Assembly: GCA_015661075.1 (NCBI GenBank)
Contig: JACVQJ010000007.1
Location: forward strand, 72,783 to 136,782
From: Parachlamydiales bacterium
GTDB lineage: Bacteria > Chlamydiota > Chlamydiia > Chlamydiales > SM23-39
Direction of reading: 5' to 3'
Length of the DNA: 64,000 nt
Below, in pieces: positions 1-9,183 of the stretch. The notes beneath the pieces are model-generated. The model was given only the letters and a program-made list of their open reading frames with translations, made no database searches and was not told where the DNA came from. Numbering within the stretch: the first letter of the stretch is position 1; each line of letters opens with the position of its first letter. A program made the translations under genes and the position numbers.

Positions 1-1
1 A

Positions 2-1480
2 CTACGCTTGATTCTTTTTCCTGATCTGCATGATCAGATCAATCTTTTTTTGATAGTACGTTTTTTCCATGCCCGCAAAGTAGGGCTGGGGATTGAGAAA
101 CCGCTCCATGGCGACAGGAAGCCGCTTAAGCTCGCTGAAAGTATGCGACTGGATTTCTAGCATAGAGGGAAGCCGGTACACCAATTTCCCCTGGCGCATG
201 ACCGGTTTCAGCAAATCATCGTACTCCCCTTTGAAATGAACCTGGTTATTGGGATCAAACGGGCTGATCGCCGTGCATGGGTCTTTGATCCCTAGCATTT
301 CATCATAGATCGCATCGCCGGCATAAAACTGCCCGTCAAAATACCTGCGAACTTGCTGAATGCCCGGATTCGTCGTTTTTGCCGTCTGTTCGGAGATCTT
401 AATCCGATCCTGCCATTGCCCCTTCGCATCCTGAATCGCAGACAGCTTGTAAACGCCGTCCAGAGCACTCTGGTCCTTGGCAGTCACCAGATTGGTGCCC
501 ACGCCCCAAACATCAATACGGGCGCCTTGCTGCTTCAAGTCGCGGATTAAATACTCGTCCAGTTCATTGCTCGCCATGATCTGCGTCTTGAATAGGCCGG
601 CATCATCGAGAATTTTGCGCACTTCGATCGATAGCCGCGCCAAATCCCCCGAATCCAGCCGCACTCCAGACAATTCGAATCCATTTTTCTTCATCGATCG
701 GGCCACAGCGATCGCATTCTTCACCCCTTCAATCGAGTCATAAGTATCGATCAGCATGACGCCATTGGTCGGCATCGTCCTGGCAAACGTCTCAAAGGCC
801 AGCTTTTCCTCGTCGAACGCCATGACCCAGCTATGCGCATGCGTACCGCGAACGGGAATATCGAACAGCTTGCCGGCCAATACATCCGACGTGGCGATGC
901 ACCCGCCGATAAACGCGGCCCGGCTGGCAGAAATGGCTCCATCGATGCCTTGCGCCCGGCGTATGCCGAACTCAATGACCGGATCGGGCTGGGCGGCTAA
1001 ACAAATCCGCGCGGATTTTGTCGCGATCAGCGTTTGAAAATTGATCAAATTGAGCAACGGCGTCTCCATCAGCTGGGCTTGCCAGATCGGACCCTTGACG
1101 CGGATCAGCGGCTCATAGGGAAACACCAAAGAGCCCTCTTCCATGGCATCCACATCGCAACTAAAAGAAAAACCGCTCAAAAAATCAGTAAACCCATCGT
1201 CGAAAAGCTTTCGCCCTTTATAATCGGAGAGACCATCGAGATATCCTAAATCGCCCGGAGTAAACTGCAAAGACTCGATGAACCGCAGCGCCGTCTCCAG
1301 ACCGGCGGCGATCGCAAACCCACCCTGGAACGGCCACTTGCGAAAATTGAGATGAAAAACGGCCTGGCGATCCGCAATCCCCGCCTTCCAATAGCCGTAG
1401 ACCATGGTCAGCTGATACAGATCGGTGAGCAGCGCCAGCGAATGGTGATAAAGAGGCAATTCCAGCTTTTTTTGATCCAA
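2..1480 (-). CDS. pncB: nicotinate phosphoribosyltransferase
   Basis: 492-aa ORF. The N-terminal LLTDLYQLTMVYGYW block, the length and the overall pattern are typical of the NAPRTase family. The stop codon (cta, reverse TAG) is at 2-4, so the gene is complete. Confidence 0.85.
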   Translation of the reverse strand: MDQKKLELPLYHHSLALLTDLYQLTMVYGYWKAGIADRQAVFHLNFRKWPFQGGFAIAAGLETALRFIESLQFTPGDLGYLDGLSDYKGRKLFDDGFTDFLSGFSFSCDVDAMEEGSLVFPYEPLIRVKGPIWQAQLMETPLLNLINFQTLIATKSARICLAAQPDPVIEFGIRRAQGIDGAISASRAAFIGGCIATSDVLAGKLFDIPVRGTHAHSWVMAFDEEKLAFETFARTMPTNGVMLIDTYDSIEGVKNAIAVARSMKKNGFELSGVRLDSGDLARLSIEVRKILDDAGLFKTQIMASNELDEYLIRDLKQQGARIDVWGVGTNLVTAKDQSALDGVYKLSAIQDAKGQWQDRIKISEQTAKTTNPGIQQVRRYFDGQFYAGDAIYDEMLGIKDPCTAISPFDPNNQVHFKGEYDDLLKPVMRQGKLVYRLPSMLEIQSHTFSELKRLPVAMERFLNPQPYFAGMEKTYYQKKIDLIMQIRKKNQA

Positions 1481-1481
1481 A

Positions 1482-1784
1482 TTATTTTCCCTGTTTTTTT
1501 ATCAGCTCAGCCCTTTCCGCTTCCAAACGATCGATCTCTGATTGCACTTTGGCCGCTTTTTCCCGATTTTCTTCAGCAATGCGGTAATATCGGCGCGTTT
1601 CCAGTACGAAATGATCTTCGAACTGCAAACGGTTCGCCTGATCCTCCGCCCGGATCGCTCGCGCCTCATACCCCCGCTTCATATCAGACAATTCTTTAAT
1701 TTGTCCGTCAATTTGCTCGATTCGATCATCAAAATTCGCGCCCCAGGCACCCAATGCCAACACGCCGATCAACAGCCATCTCAT
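1482..1784 (-). CDS. small exported coiled-coil protein (hypothetical)
   Basis: I chose the internal Met (MRWLLIGVLALGAWG, signal-peptide-like) because it has AGAGGAAA 6 nt upstream. The longer ORF to 1811 would run into the palindrome. The rest is heptad-like and charged. It lies 1 nt from the pncB start, so they are probably co-transcribed. Confidence 0.5.
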   Translation of the reverse strand: MRWLLIGVLALGAWGANFDDRIEQIDGQIKELSDMKRGYEARAIRAEDQANRLQFEDHFVLETRRYYRIAEENREKAAKVQSEIDRLEAERAELIKKQGK

Positions 1785-1797
1785 TGATTTCCTCTGC

Positions 1798-1976
1798 TCG
1801 ACTTTGTACATTTTTAGGGCCGCCTGCCTCGTCTATTTTCCCTCTGACGTTCGACCTTTGGTCGAACTAGGCGTTTATTTAAGAAGGAAGGGGATAGTCA
1901 ACCCCTTCCTTCTTAAATAAACGCCTCAGAGGGAAAATCCATCGAGACCTTCGTCCCTAAAAATATACAAAGTCGA
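1798..1976. repeat. long imperfect palindrome (about 180 bp) with a perfect 24-bp core stem
   Basis: Core stem 1870-1893 (ggcgtttatttaagaaggaagggg) pairs perfectly with 1902-1925 around an 8-nt loop. The outer arms tcgactttgtaCatttttaggg / ccctaaaaatAtacaaagtcga also pair. The left arm has an extra nested hairpin, gttcgacc-tttg-gtcgaac. Confidence 0.9.
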
Positions 1977-2125
1977 GCTCTGGGAATGTTTCTTCCTTCC
2001 TATAACGAATGTCTCATCTAATAGCAATTGATTATTATAAGTAATTATTGTTTTCGAAAAAAAACCATCCAATCGTTCTTTTCAAAAAAGGGCATGATTG
2101 ATACATTTGTAATATTGCCTAAATA

Positions 2126-3160
2126 GTGCGAATGAAAACTGTACGAATCGCTGCTCTTAGCCTGATCATTTTCTTTACCAGCGCCCTGGAATCATCCTCC
2201 GTTCTTCAAGAGCGATTAAGGACCTCCAAGCCGGGCGATTATATCGTGACGGAATCGAACAAAATGATCTCCATTTTGGCGATTCGATCACTGAGTCAAA
2301 AGTCGCTGATATTGGAAGAAATCGATGTTCCCGCCGGAGCCGTCGATCCGCGGCCGCTCTCATGGGGCGACTGGGTGCGCCAGACGGCCCCCGGACACAC
2401 GTCATGGTCCATGATTGAGATCGATCTGGAAAATCACCAGCTCATCGAATGTTATTCCTTCACTAGATCCGCCTGGATCCAGCTCTCCTCGCAAGAAAGC
2501 GTGATCTCTACCCTATTAGGCCTCGAACTCGAATCCGTTCCCAAAAATGAACAAAGAAAAATTGGCCCCGAACCGATGAATGGCGAGATCGACATGCGCA
2601 AAATCTGGCTGCCGCCGATGATCACTGACGGCCAACAGCTATCCGACGTTGCATTCGAAGTCTATCGCGCCGCCTGGCCGCACGATGGTTCCGATCTGGC
2701 CGGCAATACCGTTTTTCTCTACTTCGATTGCGCGAACCATTCCCCTTTTCCTGTCTGGATTCAAATGAACACCGCACATGCGACGGCGTCATTGCGCATC
2801 GTCGATACGGGGAAAAACCTTCCGATCCATCACCGAACCTTACCCAGGCGCATTCCGGAATTTATCGGCCCCGCTCAAAAAACAGCCTCTGGCTTGAGCA
2901 TGACCATTAAAAGCCCTCGATATTACCAAAATTTTGAGCTCTATGCGATCGACCTTTCCTCTCCCGACAAAGAGATTTTTCCCATCACACATTCTCTGAT
3001 TTCGAAAGACGGGGAAAATCTCCATATTGAAATCGCCCAAATCGAGCTCCAAAACAACCTTCAAACCAACCATCGCTATACATGGCTGATCGTTCCCGCC
3101 GGCCATAGCGAATCATATTCAGAATCACCCAAATCATTCCTTTGGAAAGCAGACGAATAA
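2126..3160 (+). CDS. exported hypothetical protein
   Basis: 344-aa ORF starting at GTG 2126 or ATG 2132, with a signal-peptide-like N-terminus (KTVRIAALSLIIFFTSALES). No motif recognised. It sits where a conserved hypothetical gene sits next to lepB in Chlamydia (from memory). Confidence 0.6.
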   Translation: MRMKTVRIAALSLIIFFTSALESSSVLQERLRTSKPGDYIVTESNKMISILAIRSLSQKSLILEEIDVPAGAVDPRPLSWGDWVRQTAPGHTSWSMIEIDLENHQLIECYSFTRSAWIQLSSQESVISTLLGLELESVPKNEQRKIGPEPMNGEIDMRKIWLPPMITDGQQLSDVAFEVYRAAWPHDGSDLAGNTVFLYFDCANHSPFPVWIQMNTAHATASLRIVDTGKNLPIHHRTLPRRIPEFIGPAQKTASGLSMTIKSPRYYQNFELYAIDLSSPDKEIFPITHSLISKDGENLHIEIAQIELQNNLQTNHRYTWLIVPAGHSESYSESPKSFLWKADE

Positions 3161-3388
3161 GATGCCTGCAAAACAGGCACTTATCAACATCGCTTCAACT
3201 TCGCTCCTATGAAAGATGCTCCGCAAAATCGATATTCGTCCTAATCAGTTCATAGCCAGCGATTTGCGCCACTATTCTCAGAATCCCAGAAGTATTGATC
3301 GCACAAATAGTTAGATGCCATCCGCCCCCTACTTATCGACAAGTTTTCCACATTGCATTTTGCGAGCCGTTTGAATAGACTATGGATC

Positions 3389-5233
3389 ATGGAAAATCCA
3401 ATCTCGAACTTTTTTTTACTCAACAAATGCAGACGTATTCTGCGGCAAAGTCTTCGGCTCTATCGACGCAAAGCCAAAACTCTTTCTTCTGTACAAAAGG
3501 AAGAGCTGCAGACTCTCCTCCTGAATCTGCAAAACGCCATCGTAAAAAAAGACGCCGCAGCGGCCCGCCGGATCGCTCCGCATCTCTTAGCCGCCGCGCA
3601 CAAGGCTCTGCCGAAATCCGCCTGGGACCATGCGCGCGATTTTTTATCGGCGCTGCTCTTCGCTCTAGTGGTCGCGATTGCCATTCGCCAAACGTGGTTT
3701 GAGCTCTATTCGATTCCCAGCGGATCGATGCGGCCGACATTGAAAGAAGAGGATTTTCTGTTAGTGTCTAAAACGGATTTTGGCATTAACACCGTCACAC
3801 GAACATCGCATTTTACGTTTGACCCCGATCTGGTTCACCGCGGGCAAATCGTGATTTTTTCCGTCGACAACATGGATGTATCCGATCCGGACACGATGTA
3901 TTTTTATCTAATCCCCGGAAAAAAACAGTTCGTCAAACGGCTGATCGGCAAACCGGGCGACACGCTCTATTTTTATGGCGGGCGAATTTACGGCATCGAC
4001 TCTGAAGGGCGCGATATCGAAGAGCTTCGAAGCAGCGATTGGATCCAGCCGCTGGAACATATCCCGTTCATCCGCTTCGATGGCAAACCGCAAACTCCCT
4101 CCGTCGCTGTGAAAGGGATTTTCTCGCCTGTTGTGTTCCATCAAATGAATGAACCCATCGCCAAACTGCAAGTGCAGGATTATGGGAAGATTTTTGGCGA
4201 AATGCTCGTTCCCATGAAGAACTACGACGACGTTTGGGGATTTAAAAATTTTGCGATGGCCCGCTTGCTAACGACTGCTGAACTCAAGCAGCTCTATCCC
4301 CAGATGGCGAAAGACACCGAGAATGCACCTCTTTATTTGGAACTCACCCATCATCCGTCTTTGACAAATCCCACTCTGTCGCGCGACGAATACCGCCGTT
4401 TAAGACCAGAGCTATCGACGAGCGTATCCATTTTGCCTCTCGATGAAAAGAAAATCGATGAGATCATGCGCCGGATGATCACGTGCCGCTTCATCGTGAA
4501 AGACTCGATGGCGACCCGTTACGGCTCATCCTTTGCGACGCCTCAGTATCTGCCCCATTTGAAAGGAGTTCCCGACGGCACCTATGAGATCCAGGATGGC
4601 AAAGCCTACCGCGTACTGTGGACCGGCATTACGTACCAACTCCCGGCAAATCATCCGCTTCTCTCGCACGATCCGCACCACGTGCAGCAACTCTATAATC
4701 TGGGGATCGAGATGGATACCCACTTTTCTCCCGCTAATCCTTCCGGCCTGTTCTTCCCCTCGCGCTACGCTTATTTCCGCAATGGCCATCTCTTTTTGCT
4801 GGGAGCCCCGATCGTTGAAAAGGGCGATCCTGCTTTAGTCCGTTTTTCTGAGATAGAAAATCAAAAGCATGCGGCATCGATCGCTTACGCTCCGTTCGAG
4901 GACATGGGTCCTCCGATGAAAGACGGGAAAATCGATGCGGAATGGATACGCCGGTATGGACTCAAAGTCCCCGACAAAATGTACCTCGTCCTCGGCGACA
5001 ACCATGCGATGAGCGCCGACAGCCGCCAATTCGGGTTTGTCCCGCAAGACAATCTGCGCGGCGGGGCCAGCTTCATTTTATGGCCGTGCGGACCAAGATG
5101 GGGCCGCCTCGTCCAGCCCGCGATTGCTCATTTAACTCTGCCCAATATGACGATCTGGGGCATCTTTATCGTCATCGCCATCTCTTCGACCATCTATCTG
5201 CGGCGCCAGGCCAAAAAGCCATTGGACTTTTAG
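3389..5233 (+). CDS. lepB: signal peptidase I (large chlamydial-type)
   Basis: Contains the catalytic Ser box IPSGSMRPTL and the C-terminal GDNHAMSADSRQFGFVPQDNLRG box. ATG 3389 is preferred over TTG 3353. At about 614 aa it matches the unusually long chlamydial LepB. Confidence 0.85.
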   Translation: MENPISNFFLLNKCRRILRQSLRLYRRKAKTLSSVQKEELQTLLLNLQNAIVKKDAAAARRIAPHLLAAAHKALPKSAWDHARDFLSALLFALVVAIAIRQTWFELYSIPSGSMRPTLKEEDFLLVSKTDFGINTVTRTSHFTFDPDLVHRGQIVIFSVDNMDVSDPDTMYFYLIPGKKQFVKRLIGKPGDTLYFYGGRIYGIDSEGRDIEELRSSDWIQPLEHIPFIRFDGKPQTPSVAVKGIFSPVVFHQMNEPIAKLQVQDYGKIFGEMLVPMKNYDDVWGFKNFAMARLLTTAELKQLYPQMAKDTENAPLYLELTHHPSLTNPTLSRDEYRRLRPELSTSVSILPLDEKKIDEIMRRMITCRFIVKDSMATRYGSSFATPQYLPHLKGVPDGTYEIQDGKAYRVLWTGITYQLPANHPLLSHDPHHVQQLYNLGIEMDTHFSPANPSGLFFPSRYAYFRNGHLFLLGAPIVEKGDPALVRFSEIENQKHAASIAYAPFEDMGPPMKDGKIDAEWIRRYGLKVPDKMYLVLGDNHAMSADSRQFGFVPQDNLRGGASFILWPCGPRWGRLVQPAIAHLTLPNMTIWGIFIVIAISSTIYLRRQAKKPLDF

Positions 5234-8200
5234 ACTTTATAAATGGCGATGATCGTTTCTTCGCCGTTCAAATCCCAAGAAGATCCTTCAACATTTTTAA
5301 ATTGGACATCGACGGCCAGCACTTCATTCTGGATCATCGATCCATATTGAACGAAGCACTCTTGGACGCGCGTTGTGGTCTGCAATGAGATAGCAATACG
5401 GTCAGTGACCTCAAAGCCCATATCGCGGCGCATCGTGTTGACTTTATTGACAATTTCTCGCGCGAGCCCTTCCATGAGCAGCTCGTCGTTCAAGGCGGTA
5501 TCCAGAGCGACCGTCAATTCGCCCTCGTTTCCGGCGGCGAGTCCCTCTTTGACCTTGCGCTCGATCTGGACATCCTCGGAGGTCAAAACAATTTTTTCTC
5601 CATTGACTAATAGATCCACTGTGCCGCCACACGCCAATTCCTGAATTTTTTTTCGGTCCAAGCCTTGCATCGCCTTTTGCGCCAATGGCAACAACTTGCC
5701 GATTTTTTTTCCCAATACCGGGAAATGGGGCTTGGCCATCCACTGAACAAAAGAGCCCTCATCGCTATGAAATTCGATCGACTTGACATTCAGCTCATCG
5801 GCGATCACCTGCGATTGCTTTTTCAGGGCCGATAGCAGCTCGGGATTGGATGTGATCAGATGCGCCCGGGCCAATGGCTGACGCACTTTGAGCTTATGCT
5901 CTTTGCGAAGAGCGTGGCCCAGACTGACGGCGCGCTGGGCGGCTTCGACTTCCTGCAGCAGCTCACGGTCATACGACAGATCTGCATCGGGGAAGTCGCA
6001 TAAATGGACGGATTCGGGCATGGCCTGCGTGCGCAGCTCTCGATAGATCGTCTCGGTAATAAATGGAATGAACGGTGCGGCGCATTTGACGAACTGAATG
6101 AGAACGGTATAGAGCGTCGTAAAGGCCTCGCGCCGGTCCTGCGTATTTTCATCGGCCCAAAAACGGCTGCGGCACCGGCGGATGTACCAGTTGGTGAGCT
6201 GATCGACATATCCCACCAGCGGCTCGATGGCCCGATCGAGGGTGTAGGCATCGAGAGCCGCTGTGACATCGCACACCATCTTCTGGGACATGGTCAATAT
6301 CCAGCGATCGATCAGAGCGGCAGGCGGGTGTTGGATGGATTCAGGCTGCCAATGATAAATCTTTGCATAGGTCGACAGGAAGACAAAGGAATTCCACAAA
6401 GGAATCAGGATCTGGCGCAAAATATGCTCGACCCCTTTTTCCGAAAAGCGCATATCCTCGGCGTGCACAGCGGGACTCTGCAGCATATAGAGCCGCACGG
6501 CATCAGCGCCGCACTTGTCGATCAACATCTCGGGATCGGGATAGTTGCGCAGGCGCTTGGACATTTTGTTGCCGTCTTCGGCCAAAATGATGCCATTGAC
6601 AATGACGTTTTTAAAAGCGGGCTGATTGAACAGGGCGACAGACAGAACGGTCAAAGTATAAAACCAGCCGCGGGTCTGATCGAGTCCTTCGGCAATGAAG
6701 TCGGCCGGAAAACCCTCTTCTGTGATCTTTTTATTTTCAAAAGGATAGTGGTTTTGCGCGTAGGGCATCGATCCCGACTCGAACCAGCAATCGAACACCT
6801 CAGGAATCCGGCGAAACGTTTGGCCATCTTTTTCAAACGTCAAATCGTCGATAAAATGGCGGTGCAAATCATCAACACGGGCGCCGGTTCGTTGTTCCAG
6901 ATCGCGGATCGATCCGATCGCTTCGCACGTTCCGTCCTCGCTGCGCCAGATCGGAATCGGGGTGCCCCAATAGCGGTTGCGGCTGATCGCCCAGTCGCGG
7001 GCATTTTCGAGCCAGTTGCCAAAACGCCCTTCTTTGATATGCTCCGGCACCCAATGGATTTGAACATTCGCCGCAATGAGCCGATCCTTGATTTTTTCAA
7101 CAGCGACAAACCATGTGCGCACCGCCTTGTAAATGAGCGGGGTGTCCGAGCGCCAGCAGAACGGATAGCGGTGGCGGACGGTGCCGTGATGAAAAACAGA
7201 TCCTTGCCGTTTCAGATCGCGGATAATTTCCTTGTCAGCGTCTTTGACGAGGCGGCCCGCGTAGGGCGGCACTTCCTGAGTGAAATAACCATTATTGTCG
7301 ATGGGGCAGACGAGATCGATATTCTCGCGCTTGCAGACAAAGAAGTCCACCTCGCCAAACGCCGGCGCGCTATGAACGATCCCCGTCCCCTCTTCGGTCG
7401 AGACCGAGTCTTCCAGCAACACACGGAACGCGCCCTCATTCGCGCGATTCGCAAAAAACGGGAATAGGGGCTGATAGCGAAAATCCTTCAATTGATCCCC
7501 GGTAAAATGCTCCACAACTTCAACGGACTCATCTGGTTTGAAATGAGCGGCCAGACGGCTTTGCGCCAGGATATAATTTTTGCCCTCTTTTCGGACTTTG
7601 ACATAGTCAATCTTCGGCCCGACCATGAGAGCGAGATTGGAGGGCAAGGTCCACGGCGTCGTCGTCCATACTAAAAAGAATGTATCTGGATCGTCAAACG
7701 ACTGAAATTGCACGGTCAGGGAAGGGTCGTCGACTTCCTTGTAGTTGAGGTTCGCCTCAAAGTTGGATAGAGGCGTTCCCAGCTGCATGGAAAAGGGCAT
7801 GACCTTGAAGCCCTCATAGACGAGGTCTTGATCCCAGAGCTGCTTAAATACCCACCAGACCGATTCCATGAAAGAGCGGTCCATCGTTCGGTACGTATGA
7901 TCGAAATCGACCCAGCGCCCGATGCGATCGACGGTTTTTTTCCATTCGCCGGTATAGCGCAAAACGATCTTGCGGCACTCTTCGTTAAAATTGGCGATGC
8001 CGAACATCTCGATCGCCGCAGCACCGGAGAGCTGCTGCAGCTTTTCGATTTCGTTTTCAACGGGCAGGCCATGGCAGTCCCAGCCGAAGCGGCGGGGCAC
8101 CCAGAATCCCTTCATCGTCTTGTAGCGGGGAATAACGTCTTTGATTGTCCCCGCGAGCAGATGGCCATAATGAGGCAACCCGGTGGCAAACGGCGGGCCG

Positions 8201-8331
8201 TCATAGAAAGAAAAGAGGGGCCGGCCCTGGCGCGCCTCAACGGAGCGCTCAAATAGGCGGTTTTCCTGCCAAAATCGGAGGACATTCATCTCTCGAACCG
8301 GAAAGGTCTCGCTCTGGTCAAATGTAAACAT
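5230..8331 (-). CDS. ileS: isoleucyl-tRNA synthetase (long, eukaryote-like type)
   Basis: 1033 aa with class I motifs PHYGHLLAG (HIGH) and KMSKRLRNYP (KMSKS). The editing-domain region is consistent with IleRS. Confidence 0.92.
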   Translation of the reverse strand: MFTFDQSETFPVREMNVLRFWQENRLFERSVEARQGRPLFSFYDGPPFATGLPHYGHLLAGTIKDVIPRYKTMKGFWVPRRFGWDCHGLPVENEIEKLQQLSGAAAIEMFGIANFNEECRKIVLRYTGEWKKTVDRIGRWVDFDHTYRTMDRSFMESVWWVFKQLWDQDLVYEGFKVMPFSMQLGTPLSNFEANLNYKEVDDPSLTVQFQSFDDPDTFFLVWTTTPWTLPSNLALMVGPKIDYVKVRKEGKNYILAQSRLAAHFKPDESVEVVEHFTGDQLKDFRYQPLFPFFANRANEGAFRVLLEDSVSTEEGTGIVHSAPAFGEVDFFVCKRENIDLVCPIDNNGYFTQEVPPYAGRLVKDADKEIIRDLKRQGSVFHHGTVRHRYPFCWRSDTPLIYKAVRTWFVAVEKIKDRLIAANVQIHWVPEHIKEGRFGNWLENARDWAISRNRYWGTPIPIWRSEDGTCEAIGSIRDLEQRTGARVDDLHRHFIDDLTFEKDGQTFRRIPEVFDCWFESGSMPYAQNHYPFENKKITEEGFPADFIAEGLDQTRGWFYTLTVLSVALFNQPAFKNVIVNGIILAEDGNKMSKRLRNYPDPEMLIDKCGADAVRLYMLQSPAVHAEDMRFSEKGVEHILRQILIPLWNSFVFLSTYAKIYHWQPESIQHPPAALIDRWILTMSQKMVCDVTAALDAYTLDRAIEPLVGYVDQLTNWYIRRCRSRFWADENTQDRREAFTTLYTVLIQFVKCAAPFIPFITETIYRELRTQAMPESVHLCDFPDADLSYDRELLQEVEAAQRAVSLGHALRKEHKLKVRQPLARAHLITSNPELLSALKKQSQVIADELNVKSIEFHSDEGSFVQWMAKPHFPVLGKKIGKLLPLAQKAMQGLDRKKIQELACGGTVDLLVNGEKIVLTSEDVQIERKVKEGLAAGNEGELTVALDTALNDELLMEGLAREIVNKVNTMRRDMGFEVTDRIAISLQTTTRVQECFVQYGSMIQNEVLAVDVQFKNVEGSSWDLNGEETIIAIYKV

Positions 8332-8404
8332 GGTTCTGATTTTAGACGATTATACCCCTAAAAATCAAAAGCTTCCTTGATGCGTGCGCAATAAGCCCCA
8401 TCTA

Positions 8405-8413
8405 TGGTATAAT
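8405..8413 (+). promoter_or_regulatory. extended -10 promoter element (TGgTATAAT) upstream of ssrA
   Basis: TG at 8405-8406 and TATAAT at 8408-8413, about 58 nt upstream of the mature tmRNA 5' end. This is consistent with a precursor processed by RNase P. Confidence 0.4.
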
Positions 8414-8470
8414 GAAGATGTTGAGCATTGAGGCTCACGCTGGGGGCATTCTTTATACGTTGCCTCCAGC

Positions 8471-8841
8471 GGGGGTGTCAAGGCTTCGACTTGGAAATGA
8501 AGCATAGGTTGCATGTGGAGGATGATCGGTTGGCCTCCTTAAACATCCGATTACAACTATAAATGCTACTCCTGAATTAGAGTTGCAGGCTGCTTAAAGC
8601 TTAACCGCTTTAGTGGTCCGGAAGCCTGAAATCCGACCGGGAGTTTCAGGGATCTTCTGTCATACATCTTGGTATGACCCCGTGGACTTGGATCCTCATC
8701 ACGGGTGTTCGAGATCTCGAGGTGACCCTTGGCCCCAAGTGCCGCGCCCTGCAGCAAGGCTGATTGTATAATGGGGTACTAAGCATGTAGAGATTTATGT
8801 GGAGTTTGCTAAGGACGAGAGTTCGATTCTCTCCACCTCCA
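8471..8841 (+). ncRNA. ssrA: tmRNA (transfer-messenger RNA)
   Basis: 5' GGGGGTG (8471-8477) pairs with CACCTCC (8834-8840), including the G3:U alanine identity pair. The T-arm is GAGAG-TTCGATT-CTCTC (8817-8833) and the discriminator A is at 8841; CCA is not encoded. The 5' sequence GGGGGTGTCAAGGCTTCGAC resembles the chlamydial tmRNA start. An internal tag ORF ends in AA-stop. Confidence 0.9.
8565..8597 (+). other. putative tmRNA tag reading frame, (A)TPELELQAA-stop
   Basis: gct act cct gaa tta gag ttg cag gct gct taa, preceded by acaactataaat. I placed the resume codon by analogy to the ..AAUAAAU-GCC context I recall for Chlamydia tmRNA, so it is uncertain. Confidence 0.5.
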
Positions 8842-8850
8842 ATCAAAATT

Positions 8851-8886
8851 AAGGCTTCAGTTTTACGACTGAAGCCTTTTGTTTTT
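8851..8886 (+). terminator. rho-independent terminator of ssrA
   Basis: An 11-bp stem, aaggcttcagt / actgaagcctt, with a 6-nt loop, followed by ttttgttttt. Confidence 0.8.
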
Positions 8887-8905
8887 AGTGACATACAACG
8901 CAAAA

Positions 8906-9057
8906 TTGAAGATCTCCTCCTTGAAAGGAGGAGATTCTTTACGCAGCTTTTGGAGGCGGTGCGGCTAAAGCCGCATACCGCATCCCATAAAATAGCTTGT
9001 AAACTCCCGCTAGACCCACCCCTAAAGGGGAGGGACTCTAGGCAAGCAGTGCGTTCA
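8906..9057 (+). repeat. structured intergenic repeat, copy A (three hairpins)
   Basis: About 150 bp that is roughly 85% identical to 42446-42585. Hairpins: atctcctcctt-gaa-aggaggagat, gcggtgcggc-taaa-gccgcataccgc, and cccacccct-aaa-ggggaggg. Confidence 0.85.
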
Positions 9058-9183
9058 CACCAAGAAATTCCGCTACGCAATATTTGTGCACTAGACTGGA
9101 TGAAACTGCAGTAAAAACTATTTAGTTTTTCCACTTTTTCTGTTATGAAGATGAAGCTGAGAAGACCTCGAGGGCGATAAATA

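Noticed and set aside
6004-7467. 487-aa ORF on the plus strand inside ileS
   Set aside because: It is fully antisense to a confidently identified IleRS gene. It has a low-complexity, Arg/Gly/Ala-rich composition and no motif. This is a typical shadow ORF of GC-richer coding DNA.
8815-8841. A direct repeat of the tmRNA 3' end (attL/attR) marking the far edge of the low-GC segment
   Set aside because: I could not find a convincing second copy by eye. The nearest look-alike (ggttcgatagctctac near 12930) fails after 7 nt. The island boundaries therefore remain compositional only, and a computational search is needed.
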